Source of the DNA: a virus
Direction: 5' to 3' (one strand)
DNA length: 64,000 nucleotides
Virus record (IMG/VR): IMGVR_UViG_3300042569_001787
Location: 28,751-92,750 of that record
Position numbers and translations under genes: made by a program
Part shown: positions 28,544 to 37,797 of the stretch, piece by piece
Numbering within the stretch: position 1 is the first letter of the stretch
Layout of the letters: each line of letters begins with the position of its first letter
Notes under the pieces: model-generated
The model's input: the letters and a program-made list of their open reading frames with translations, nothing else
Database searches by the model: none
What the model was told of the DNA's origin: nothing

Positions 28544-28734
28544 TCATTGTTTGATTTATATTTTTTTTGTACGTATTTTGCTTTTGAAATTTCATTTCTC
28601 CTTTTAACGGATTTTTTTTGGAATTCTTTTCTCTCGTTTAATTCTCTACTTTGTCTTGTCTTTATAACTTTACTTTTGTAAATTTTTAACGCTTTTTCAA
28701 GAGTTACATTCTTTCCTACTTTTACTATTAACAT
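28540..28734 (-). CDS. rpsU: Ribosomal protein bS21
   Basis: MLIVKV...LEKALKIYKSKV...ELNERKEFQKKSVKRR matches the bS21 pattern. Confidence 0.9.
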   Translation of the reverse strand: MLIVKVGKNVTLEKALKIYKSKVIKTRQSRELNERKEFQKKSVKRRNEISKAKYVQKKYKSNND

Positions 28735-28821
28735 ATTTTTTTGAGTTTATATTTATTTTGACTATTGCTGTAAATATACCTATTTTTCTAAAAACAATAA
28801 ACTTAAAAATTATGAAATTTA

Positions 28822-29292
28822 ATGAAAAAGGGGAAAACCTCACATATTCACGGATTCAACACCGCCAAAATAATATATGGAACAGTTGATTCGATGAATT
28901 TTAAGTCACTCTATCTTAACATCCAAACATGGGTGGAACCGACCACAGAGTGTCAAAATTGGTCACGGACAGTTCTTAATATGAACAGAGCCATAAAACA
29001 TTCAATCTACGAATCCTTAGATAAAGAGTTATTTGATGATAAATTTATAGTGGATTTAGATTTAAGGTCCAGCGGACTAAATCAAGGTAAAAAATCTTTT
29101 ATGAATTTAGAGATTAATTTCTTTTTGAATCATGAAGGGCATGACTTTAAATCAAAAGAAATTAAAGAGTCTCTTAAAGATATTACTACTAGAATTTTTT
29201 ACGAAAACTTTATAGGTAACAATTACTTTAACTTTTATCTAACTAAAAAAATCAAAACAAACGATGAGATGCTACAATTAGAGAATGTTTAA
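28822..29292 (+). CDS. Hypothetical protein divergent from bS21
   Basis: 156-aa ORF. Confidence 0.65.
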   Translation: MKKGKTSHIHGFNTAKIIYGTVDSMNFKSLYLNIQTWVEPTTECQNWSRTVLNMNRAIKHSIYESLDKELFDDKFIVDLDLRSSGLNQGKKSFMNLEINFFLNHEGHDFKSKEIKESLKDITTRIFYENFIGNNYFNFYLTKKIKTNDEMLQLENV

Positions 29293-29321
29293 TATTTATA
29301 TAAAACCTTTGGTGGTTATAA

Positions 29322-30077
29322 ATGAAAATTTGTGGTAAAAAAATGGATAATTTAAAAATTAATATTAATAACGAGTTGAATAAAAAATCAATTCTTGTTG
29401 AATACGATGCGGGATATATTAATCCAAATGACAATCGTAACGAAAAGTTAATTAGAGAATCTAAAGGTAATATGTTAGACCATTCTAAACCATTTGAATT
29501 TTATGCGGTATTACAAAAATATAACACCCCAAATAGAAATGGTAGAATATATCCTGAACGTATTTTAAAAAGAGAAGCGGAAAACTATAAAAAAATGATA
29601 GAAAAAGGTACAGCTCTTTCAGAGTTAAATCATCCTGAATCATCATTAATTGACTTAGATAGAGTATCTCACGCAATAAATGAAATATGGTGGGAAGGAC
29701 CTATATTAATGGGTAAGATACAATTACTCACTTCACCAGGATTCCACGAAAGAGGTATTGTATCAACTAAAGGAGATTTGGCGGCTAACTACCTAAGACA
29801 AGGTGTTACCTTAGGAATTTCTTCAAGAGGGGTGGGTTCCCTTAAAAAAGTTGGTGAACAGAATGAAGTACAAGAAGATTTTGAATTAATCTGTTTTGAC
29901 TTAGTATCATCACCATCAACACCTGGAGCATACTTATTCCAAAATCCTGAAGATAGATTTAACTTTGATGAGAACTTGGAAGAAGAGAAAAAAATGTCGG
30001 TAGAAAGAAATGTTGGTGAAAATGGTAACAAATCACTTGACTTAATGAGAAAATTAACCGATTATTTAGGAAATTAA
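29322..30077 (+). CDS. Prohead protease (T4 gp21-like)
   Basis: NRNGRIYP, ELNHP, VSH, GISSRGVGS, FDLVSSPSTPGA. Confidence 0.93.
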   Translation: MKICGKKMDNLKININNELNKKSILVEYDAGYINPNDNRNEKLIRESKGNMLDHSKPFEFYAVLQKYNTPNRNGRIYPERILKREAENYKKMIEKGTALSELNHPESSLIDLDRVSHAINEIWWEGPILMGKIQLLTSPGFHERGIVSTKGDLAANYLRQGVTLGISSRGVGSLKKVGEQNEVQEDFELICFDLVSSPSTPGAYLFQNPEDRFNFDENLEEEKKMSVERNVGENGNKSLDLMRKLTDYLGN

Positions 30078-30090
30078 AAAAATTTATAAC

Positions 30091-30300
30091 ATGGACGAAA
30101 AGTATTTTATTGCAAAAATCACAACCGATATGATTGATGAAAAATCGGGAAAACTTAAAAAATTAAGAGAAGAAAAATTAGTAAAAGGTTATAACCCTAC
30201 TGATGTTGAGGCCAAAGTAACTAAAGTTTACGAAAACTACACACAGGATTGGAGATTAACGGCAATTGTTGAAAGTAAAATTGATGAGGTGATAGAATAA
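30091..30300 (+). CDS. Small protein, DUF4494-like
   Basis: YFIAKI...GKLKKLREEKLV...TDVEAKV pattern. Confidence 0.5.
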   Translation: MDEKYFIAKITTDMIDEKSGKLKKLREEKLVKGYNPTDVEAKVTKVYENYTQDWRLTAIVESKIDEVIE

Positions 30301-30324
30301 AATTTTCACATTTCGATAATAATA

Positions 30325-30350
30325 AAAAGGGGGCATTAGTCCCCTTTTTT
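30325..30350 (+). terminator. Intrinsic terminator
   Basis: aaaaggggg-cattagt-ccccttttt. Confidence 0.7.
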
Positions 30351-30464
30351 GTTTTTTTTAAAAATGACACTATTTATAATAAATTAAAAACCAATTATTA
30401 AATTAGTTTAATTAAAACTTTTTTAACATTGGGGATATTTATATAGTAAATTAAAAACATACAA

Positions 30465-32018
30465 ATGGCAAAAGAAAAATCTTTAGTTGAAGAAGCAATC
30501 ATCCAAATGAAAAATTTAGAGGATGCAGTTGCTGAAAATGCAAAAGGAATACTTGCTTCAACTATGAAGCAAGAAATCAAAGAACTAGTAAAAGAGTCTC
30601 TGACTGAACAAGAAGATGAGATTGAAACAGACATTGAAATGGACGAACCTGAAATGGAAGACGATATGTCTGACGAAGAAGGGTTGGACTTGGATATGGA
30701 TAATTTAGATATGGATGATGAAGATTCTATGGATGATGAAGATTCTATGGATGACGACGAAACTATTGACCTTACTGACGTTGATGACGAGGATGAAATC
30801 TTACGTGTATTCAGCTTAATGGGTCCTGAAGATAATATCGTGGTTACCAAAGATAATTCAGGTAATATCAATCTTAAAGATTCTGAAAAAGAGTATATGA
30901 TTGTCGGAGAAGGTGACGAATACCTTGATGAAACAGAAATGTTCGAAATGGATGATATGTCAGATTTTGGCATGGAAGACGAAGACGAAGACGAAGACGA
31001 CATTAATAGCATCATCGATAAAGTATTTAACACTAACGAAGAAGAAGAAATGGATTTTGGAATGAACGAACCTAAAATGGACAGTGAAGAAATTGTTTAT
31101 GAAATAGAATTTGACGGAGATGAAACTGATTTTACCGGAGAGGGTAGTTACGACGAAGAAGAAGAAATGGACAGTGAAGAAATTGTTTATGAAATTGACT
31201 TTGACGGAGACGAAATTGAATTTGACGGAGATGAATTTGAATTTAACGAAGAAGGAGACGGTGAAGAAGACATGGGTCTATACGACGATGATGAACCTGT
31301 AATGGAATCTAAAAAAATGTCAATCAAACCTAAAGGTGTCGGAATTGGAAATCCAAATAAGAAAAAAATATATTCAAACAAACCTAACCAAGAAGGTGGT
31401 TTTAAAACTGTAAAAAGAACAGTTAATAAAACCATGGGTACTGGTAAAGCAAAATTTGAATATAAAGACGGTGAAAATCTTGACGGTGATATGAAAACTG
31501 TTAAAAAGGTTGAAACCAAAGAAGCATCAAGAACTTTAGGAAGTGGTTCTAATTTTAGAACTGGCGGTTTACCAAAACCAAGAGCTCATTCAAAATTTAA
31601 CACGGCAATCCAAAAAGAAAGTATTGATAACAGAGAATTACAAGTTCTTAGAGAAAAAAATGAAGAATACAGAAAAGCACTTAACATTTTTAGAAATAAA
31701 TTAAACGAAGTTGCAGTGTTCAACTCAAACTTAGCATACGCTACACGTTTGTTCACAGAACATTCAACATCAAAACAAGAAAAGATTAATATCTTAAGAC
31801 GTTTTGATAGTGTTGAAACTATTAAAGAATCTAAAAACTTGTATAAGACATTAAAAGATAACCTTTCGTCTAAGACAAATCAACCAATGAATGAGTCAAT
31901 TGAAAGAACTATTCAAAGTTCTCCATCGACAGGGTCATCGGCTAATTTGATTGAGTCTAAAACATATGAAAATCCTCAGTTCTTAAGAATGAAAGATTTA
32001 ATGTCAAAATTAAAATAA
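30465..32018 (+). CDS. Prohead scaffold/core protein
   Basis: Very acidic, coiled-coil C-terminus, immediately upstream of the major capsid gene. Confidence 0.78.
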   Translation: MAKEKSLVEEAIIQMKNLEDAVAENAKGILASTMKQEIKELVKESLTEQEDEIETDIEMDEPEMEDDMSDEEGLDLDMDNLDMDDEDSMDDEDSMDDDETIDLTDVDDEDEILRVFSLMGPEDNIVVTKDNSGNINLKDSEKEYMIVGEGDEYLDETEMFEMDDMSDFGMEDEDEDEDDINSIIDKVFNTNEEEEMDFGMNEPKMDSEEIVYEIEFDGDETDFTGEGSYDEEEEMDSEEIVYEIDFDGDEIEFDGDEFEFNEEGDGEEDMGLYDDDEPVMESKKMSIKPKGVGIGNPNKKKIYSNKPNQEGGFKTVKRTVNKTMGTGKAKFEYKDGENLDGDMKTVKKVETKEASRTLGSGSNFRTGGLPKPRAHSKFNTAIQKESIDNRELQVLREKNEEYRKALNIFRNKLNEVAVFNSNLAYATRLFTEHSTSKQEKINILRRFDSVETIKESKNLYKTLKDNLSSKTNQPMNESIERTIQSSPSTGSSANLIESKTYENPQFLRMKDLMSKLK

Positions 32019-32056
32019 AATAAAATAAACTAAAAAAAAAATAAAAAACCAAAAAA

Positions 32057-33907
32057 ATGGGAGCATTATTAGAATCAGGTCTTGTTGGTAACATCGGGTT
32101 AAAACACCTTAAAGTTATCAAAGAAGATACAATTAACAAATGGGATAAATTAGGATTCCTAGAAGGCCTTAAAGGTCACCTAAAAGAAAACGTAGCTCAA
32201 TTATATGAGAACCAAGCGTCTTTCTTAATTAACGAAGCAACGTCTGACGGGTCTTCAGGTTCATTTGAAACTGTTGTATTCCCTATCGTAAGACGTGTAT
32301 TCTCTAAATTATTAGCGAATGACATCGTATCAGTACAAGCTATGAACTTACCAATCGGTAAATTATTCTACTTTGTACCTAAAATTCAAGGTTATTCAGG
32401 TGGTACTAACACTCAATGGAGTGATGTATCTTCAGGAGACCACTACGCACCACTAGGAGCACCAAACGGACCAACATCTCAAAATGCAGGTTACACAGGA
32501 GCTGGAGCGGTAAGTAAAAACCTTTATGACTTATTCTACGAAGGAACTGAACCAGGTTTAGACCCAGCAGGTTTATTCGATTATTCAAAAGGTCGTTGGT
32601 CAGCAATCACTGCTACAACCTCAATCCAAAAATGGACTAACGGTTTATTAGTTGATGCTAATATTTCAGGTGATACTGTAGGTGATGCAACTATCCCTTC
32701 AGGTAACACAAGAAAAGTTATCGTTAAAATGTGTGGTTTTGCTGATACAGGTGCAGGTAAATTAATCGGACCTGATGGTAATGAAATGGATACAGAATCT
32801 TTCTTATCTGATTTAATTATCTTCACAGGTGCAGGTTTATCTGTTTCTGCAACAAACCCATGTCCAGTATCAACAGGAGCTTTATTGTTCAGAGTTGTTA
32901 CTCAACAATATGGTAAAGGTATCGTTTCTTACGGTAGCACTACTCAAACTACTTGGCCATCAACTGGTAACGGTGGTTCATTCAAAAATATCTGTTCTGC
33001 AGATGGATGTATCTACTTAGAAGTTGATTTATCTTGTCCAGTATGTGCTGATTGTGATTCTACATCTTTAGATGGTTACACAGGTACTACTATTACTCAA
33101 GCGACTTCAGGAACATCATTATACGCAGCGTTTAGACGTTATGAAGAATTAGAATTTGAAGACAAAATCGGTGAGGTTTCTTTCGACTTAGATTCAGTTA
33201 CTGTATCTGTTACAGAAAGAAAATTAAGAGCACAATGGTCTCCTGAGTTAGCTCAAGACGTTGCTGCATTCCACAACATCGATGCTGAAGCTGAATTAAC
33301 AGCTTTATTGTCTGAACAAGTTGCGGCTGAAATTGACCGTGAAATCTTAAGAGATTTACGTAAAGGAGCTGCATGGAACTTACGTTGGGATTACAACGGA
33401 TGGAGAAGAATTTCTCAAACAACATCTTATACTCAAAAAGATTGGAATCAAACATTAATTACTGCAATTAACCAATTGTCAGCACAAATCCACAAATCAA
33501 CTTTGAGAGGTGGAGCTAACTGGATTGTAGTTTCTTCTGAGATTTCAGCTATTTTTGATGATTTAGAGTACTTCCACGTATCTAACGCATCTCCTGAGCA
33601 AGACCAGTATAACATGGGTATTGAAAGAGTTGGTACTCTTGCAGGACGTTACCAAGTTTACCGTGACCCTTACTTCCCAGCTAACACAGTGTTAGTAGGA
33701 CACAAAGGAACATCATTGTTAGACACAGGTTACATCTACGCACCGTATGTACCTCTACAATTAACACCTACAATGTACAATCCGTTCAACTTTACTCCGA
33801 TAAAAGGAATAATGACAAGATACGCGAAAAAAATGGTAAATAATCGCTTTTACGGAAGAATTACTGTAGATGGTGTTAGAACATTCGATTTAAGAGAATT
33901 GAGATAA
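32057..33907 (+). CDS. Major capsid protein (T4 gp23-like)
   Basis: VQAMNLPIG, RKLRAQWSPELAQD, EIDREI, YAPYVPL, GIMTRY. Confidence 0.96.
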   Translation: MGALLESGLVGNIGLKHLKVIKEDTINKWDKLGFLEGLKGHLKENVAQLYENQASFLINEATSDGSSGSFETVVFPIVRRVFSKLLANDIVSVQAMNLPIGKLFYFVPKIQGYSGGTNTQWSDVSSGDHYAPLGAPNGPTSQNAGYTGAGAVSKNLYDLFYEGTEPGLDPAGLFDYSKGRWSAITATTSIQKWTNGLLVDANISGDTVGDATIPSGNTRKVIVKMCGFADTGAGKLIGPDGNEMDTESFLSDLIIFTGAGLSVSATNPCPVSTGALLFRVVTQQYGKGIVSYGSTTQTTWPSTGNGGSFKNICSADGCIYLEVDLSCPVCADCDSTSLDGYTGTTITQATSGTSLYAAFRRYEELEFEDKIGEVSFDLDSVTVSVTERKLRAQWSPELAQDVAAFHNIDAEAELTALLSEQVAAEIDREILRDLRKGAAWNLRWDYNGWRRISQTTSYTQKDWNQTLITAINQLSAQIHKSTLRGGANWIVVSSEISAIFDDLEYFHVSNASPEQDQYNMGIERVGTLAGRYQVYRDPYFPANTVLVGHKGTSLLDTGYIYAPYVPLQLTPTMYNPFNFTPIKGIMTRYAKKMVNNRFYGRITVDGVRTFDLRELR

Positions 33908-33930
33908 TCAAAATCTTAAAGAATAACACT

Positions 33931-33959
33931 AAAAGGGACAATTTATTGTCCCTTTTTTT
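33931..33959 (+). terminator. Terminator after the major capsid gene
   Basis: aaaagggacaa-ttta-ttgtcccttttttt. Confidence 0.8.
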
Positions 33960-34012
33960 ATGCTCCCACATTAACTATATGTTTTTTGGTCAAATAACTT
34001 ATATTTATTTAT

Positions 34013-34693
34013 ATGAGAAAAATAGAATTAACCGAATTTCAAGTTAAAGAAATAATAAAGTTATACACTGAAGATTTATTAGGCTCCCCCACTATTAGTG
34101 AAAAATTAAAAATACATAAAACAATTGTTTTAAACACATTAAGAAGTAATGGTATTATTCTTGGTCCGTCAGGTAGAAGAAATATTGGTGGTAAAAAAGT
34201 TGCTGATAAAAAATGGAGAGATTCTAATAAAGAGTATATGTCTAATAAATCCAAAACTTGGTATGAACAAAATAAAGAACATCGTAAAGAATATCTTAAA
34301 GAATACCGAGAAAACAATGTTGATAAAATTCGTCAAATAAAACGTGATTACGAAAGAAATCGTAAAGCGAGAGACCCCCTCTATAAACTAATCAGTAATT
34401 TCAGAACTGCTATTTACACCGTATTAAAAGAAAGTAATGTGGATAAATACGGACATTACTTTGACATATTACAATACACTCCTGAACAACTAATATCCCA
34501 TTTAGAAAATAAATTTACAGATAAGATGTCTTGGGATAATTATGGTGAATGGCATGTTGACCATAAATTGCCTATAACTTATTTTAATATCTCTGAAATG
34601 GGAGATGAAGAGTTTATGAGATGTTGGTCCTTAGATAACCTACAACCAATGTGGGGTATTGAAAATATTCGTAAATCAAATAAAACGGAATAA
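34013..34693 (+). CDS. HNH-type (homing) endonuclease
   Basis: N-terminal HTH-like segment; WHVDHKLP...NLQPMW..EN.RK. Confidence 0.75.
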   Translation: MRKIELTEFQVKEIIKLYTEDLLGSPTISEKLKIHKTIVLNTLRSNGIILGPSGRRNIGGKKVADKKWRDSNKEYMSNKSKTWYEQNKEHRKEYLKEYRENNVDKIRQIKRDYERNRKARDPLYKLISNFRTAIYTVLKESNVDKYGHYFDILQYTPEQLISHLENKFTDKMSWDNYGEWHVDHKLPITYFNISEMGDEEFMRCWSLDNLQPMWGIENIRKSNKTE

Positions 34694-34813
34694 GATAAAG
34701 GATACAAGAAATTGTTTCTTTTTTTTATATTATAAAAAAATATTAATAAGTTATTTAAACACCAATTACTGTATAATTAAAAATTTTGAGATATTTATTA
34801 ATAAAGAAATATT

Positions 34814-35392
34814 ATGAATAGATTTAATTTAAATACTGAAGAAAGAAATAGGATTTTAAATTTACATGAAAGTGTTAGAGAGAAAACTATTAAAAAAATT
34901 ATTTCAGAGGCGGGTCCATATGAAGATGGGGAAATCCCTGTTCCTAATACAGGAACAACTGTCCCTACTACAGGAACAACTGCGACTCCTGGTACACCCG
35001 CAGGTCCAGGTCTTTCTGGATTTAATGCTGATTCAGATGGTGATGGTTCCCCTGATTATTTACAAGCGCAAAATCCGCAAGATAAATCTGCATTAACACC
35101 TGCGACTCCTGGTAAAACAAACTACTCGGCTAGTGATATTCAAACTTATTTAAAAACTAAAGGACATAATTTGGGTACATCAGGACCAAAGAAAGATGGT
35201 GTTGATGGTAAAATAGGTCCTAAAACTATTGCTGCGATAATTGCGGCGTTAGGAATAACAACAAATGTTGCACCTGTTGGGGCACCTGTTGGAGCACCTG
35301 TTGGAGCACCTGTTGGAGCACCTGTTGTGGCAAAAACAAATAATTCGTCGTCACAGACATCAGGGGGTGGTGACCCATCAACTGATGCTTAA
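34814..35392 (+). CDS. Virion protein with peptidoglycan-binding motif
   Basis: IQTYL...DGVDGKIGPKT; DSDGDGSPD Ca-binding-like motif; APVG repeats. Confidence 0.65.
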   Translation: MNRFNLNTEERNRILNLHESVREKTIKKIISEAGPYEDGEIPVPNTGTTVPTTGTTATPGTPAGPGLSGFNADSDGDGSPDYLQAQNPQDKSALTPATPGKTNYSASDIQTYLKTKGHNLGTSGPKKDGVDGKIGPKTIAAIIAALGITTNVAPVGAPVGAPVGAPVGAPVVAKTNNSSSQTSGGGDPSTDA

Positions 35393-35622
35393 TCTTTTGT
35401 TTCGTCTTTAATTACTTGTTTTGACATAACTCTAATTGCCCTTGACACAACTTCAGACTCACCTAAAGAATACACACCATCGTGGTACGCTTTCTTAACT
35501 GCCTGTATTAATATGTATGATGCGTTGTCTTTATCCATAGACTGTAGTAACACATCTAAATGGTCTTCAGTTAGTAGTGGTATTGTGTCGAATAGTTTTC
35601 CAAATAATTGTTGTTCTTCCAT
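35389..35622 (-). CDS. Hypothetical protein
   Basis: 77-aa ORF. Confidence 0.55.
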   Translation of the reverse strand: MEEQQLFGKLFDTIPLLTEDHLDVLLQSMDKDNASYILIQAVKKAYHDGVYSLGESEVVSRAIRVMSKQVIKDETKD

Positions 35623-35670
35623 TGTGATAATATCTTTTTTTGATGTATTTATAAGTATATTAAAAATTCT

Positions 35671-36150
35671 ATGCTAAATCAATTAATAAAGAAAATATTG
35701 CTCGAAGCAACTTCTGATAGTAGTGGTGGTAGAGGGTCCTATGTTTCACCTTTACAACTTGGTATTAGGAAATTTAGTAAAGAGTCGTTACAACCATTTA
35801 CAACACCCGTATCAAAGTATATTAATACTGAGTTGGAATACGATAGTTATGACGGTAAGATGAGTACTCCTAACAAAAAAATTAAAAAGATGGAAAATAA
35901 AGCAAAAAAGATTTCTAACTATATTAAAAATAACCCTATGTCAACATTTAGTGATGACGATGGGAATAATATTAATCAAACTCCTGGTGGTAAAAAAAGT
36001 ATTGTACCAATTACAACATTAAAAGAATGGATTGAAATAAAAAAAGATACTGTGGTTGTTGGTGAAAAAAAAGTAATTAAACTTAACGAAAATGATTTAA
36101 TAAAAATTGTTAAACGAGTTTTAACAGAACAAACTGCACCTATGATTTAG
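35671..36150 (+). CDS. Hypothetical virion-associated protein
   Basis: LIKKILLE and LNENDLIKIVKRVLTEQ motifs; late motif upstream. Confidence 0.6.
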   Translation: MLNQLIKKILLEATSDSSGGRGSYVSPLQLGIRKFSKESLQPFTTPVSKYINTELEYDSYDGKMSTPNKKIKKMENKAKKISNYIKNNPMSTFSDDDGNNINQTPGGKKSIVPITTLKEWIEIKKDTVVVGEKKVIKLNENDLIKIVKRVLTEQTAPMI

Positions 36151-36165
36151 TTTATTAGGTTTTTG

Positions 36166-36561
36166 TTATATTTTTTCTAAAATTTTTTTAATAGAATATT
36201 TGATATTAGAAGTAATTTCTTTTTCAAATTTATTACGTCTTGACTCAACTTCTGAATCAAATAAAGTAACTACAGAATTCCACGAATTATCTCCTAATAT
36301 TACAGTGTACGAATAAACGTGGTTGATTATTTTTACGCTATAATTTTCTAAAATTACGAAAATTTGGTCTTCTTCGTTTTTAATATAACGTTTGTTTGAG
36401 ATTGGGGTTAACAATAAAACAGTTTCATTTTTTTTTATTAATTTTTCACAAATAGAAACACAATCTTTTTCGTATGTAGTAATTTTTGGGGTTGAAGACC
36501 GATAGAATTTAATATATTGTTTTTGGATTAATCGTTTTAATTTGTGAATAATTTGTTTCAT
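36166..36561 (-). CDS. Hypothetical protein
   Basis: 131-aa ORF. Confidence 0.55.
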   Translation of the reverse strand: MKQIIHKLKRLIQKQYIKFYRSSTPKITTYEKDCVSICEKLIKKNETVLLLTPISNKRYIKNEEDQIFVILENYSVKIINHVYSYTVILGDNSWNSVVTLFDSEVESRRNKFEKEITSNIKYSIKKILEKI

Positions 36562-36633
36562 AATCTTATATTAGTATTTATTTACAAATATAATGATATT
36601 ATTTAAATAAAAAAATTAATTATATATTTTTTT

Positions 36634-37116
36634 TTAACAATAAGCTCCCGAACAATGTGTTTCACCATCAAGACCTTTCATTTTTCCTTTACATACTTGA
36701 ATAGCGTGACCATTAGCATAAGCACTTGGATATACGTCATATGTTGCCTTTGCAGATGCAATACCTCTTGCACAAAGGGGTGTACCTGTTTTTTTACGAC
36801 CCTCCATCATGGCCATATCTTTATCATCAATAGACATAGATAATTCCATACCGTCTTTTTTGGTTTCATTCATTAAGAAATCAAACACTTGGTCTAAGTT
36901 ATTTTTAGATTCTGCGATATGGTCTTGAGCCCAGTCATGTCCATTTTCTAAAATAGATTCAACCATATCATGGTCTAAATCTAATAACAAATCACATTGT
37001 CTTCTCATTTGTTCTAAATTACTAAAAAACATGTATCTTTGAGATTCTTGTTCACTTAATACTTTTTTAATAAGTTTAGTTAAGTGTGTTTCATTAAGTT
37101 TAACTATCTGTTTCAT
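36634..37116 (-). CDS. Hypothetical virion-associated protein
   Basis: KLNETHLTKLIKKVLSEQ leader; YPSAYAN motif. Confidence 0.6.
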   Translation of the reverse strand: MKQIVKLNETHLTKLIKKVLSEQESQRYMFFSNLEQMRRQCDLLLDLDHDMVESILENGHDWAQDHIAESKNNLDQVFDFLMNETKKDGMELSMSIDDKDMAMMEGRKKTGTPLCARGIASAKATYDVYPSAYANGHAIQVCKGKMKGLDGETHCSGAYC

Positions 37117-37117
37117 A

Positions 37118-37729
37118 TTAACTATTTAATCCGTTACCACCGATAAGAACCGCGTTCATTTGAACTACTTCTTGGCCCGCACTATTTATATAGGTTGGAT
37201 GTAGTGGAATTATTGTAATTACCGAATTGTCACATACTTCTTGACATATAGTGGATTCAGTGTTGGCACTTATTGGCGGTGGTGATACACAATCTTCACA
37301 ATTTGAAAAAGGTCCTGAAACGTAATAATAATTTGTTTCACCCGAATTAGTTAACCCATCAAAAGTTACGCAAAATGGTGTTCCACGACCAAATTGTATT
37401 TCATAAGTAACACCTGTTGTAGGAGCACCAAAGTAACTACAAAAGTTAGTTGCTTCTATATTAATTTCTTCTTCTGTACCACATCGTATAAACTTAAAAT
37501 TTAAAGTCTCCTCTGATGATAGAATACCAGTTAAACACGCACAACAATCGTCATATAGTTGAAGAAAGTATATATTTAGAGTTTCAGCACTCAATGTTAC
37601 TGCCCCAACAGTACCACAAAATGGAGTCTCGCTAATACCGAACTCTACTGTGGCTCCTAACGTTAACGTTGCTGCAGAAATAATGTATACATCATTAGTT
37701 ACACATTCATTTATAATATAATTTGGCAT
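37118..37729 (-). CDS. Cys-rich structural protein with an internal duplication
   Basis: Two TPFC-containing units. Confidence 0.55.
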   Translation of the reverse strand: MPNYIINECVTNDVYIISAATLTLGATVEFGISETPFCGTVGAVTLSAETLNIYFLQLYDDCCACLTGILSSEETLNFKFIRCGTEEEINIEATNFCSYFGAPTTGVTYEIQFGRGTPFCVTFDGLTNSGETNYYYVSGPFSNCEDCVSPPPISANTESTICQEVCDNSVITIIPLHPTYINSAGQEVVQMNAVLIGGNGLNS

Positions 37730-37797
37730 AGCTTTATTTTTTTACTTTTTATTCATTATTTGAAACTTTATCGTTCTTTTATTTTATAAATATCTTA

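Noticed and set aside
31070-31240. Direct repeats in the scaffold gene as a DGR or other element
   Set aside because: In-frame duplications of acidic peptide (MDSEEIVYEI, EFDGD); no reverse transcriptase and no adenine-specific variation
30398-31519. Long Ser-rich antisense ORFs (also 11328-11663, 20299-20553, 22081-22689, 61366-61926)
   Set aside because: Reverse-frame shadows of low-complexity coding repeats
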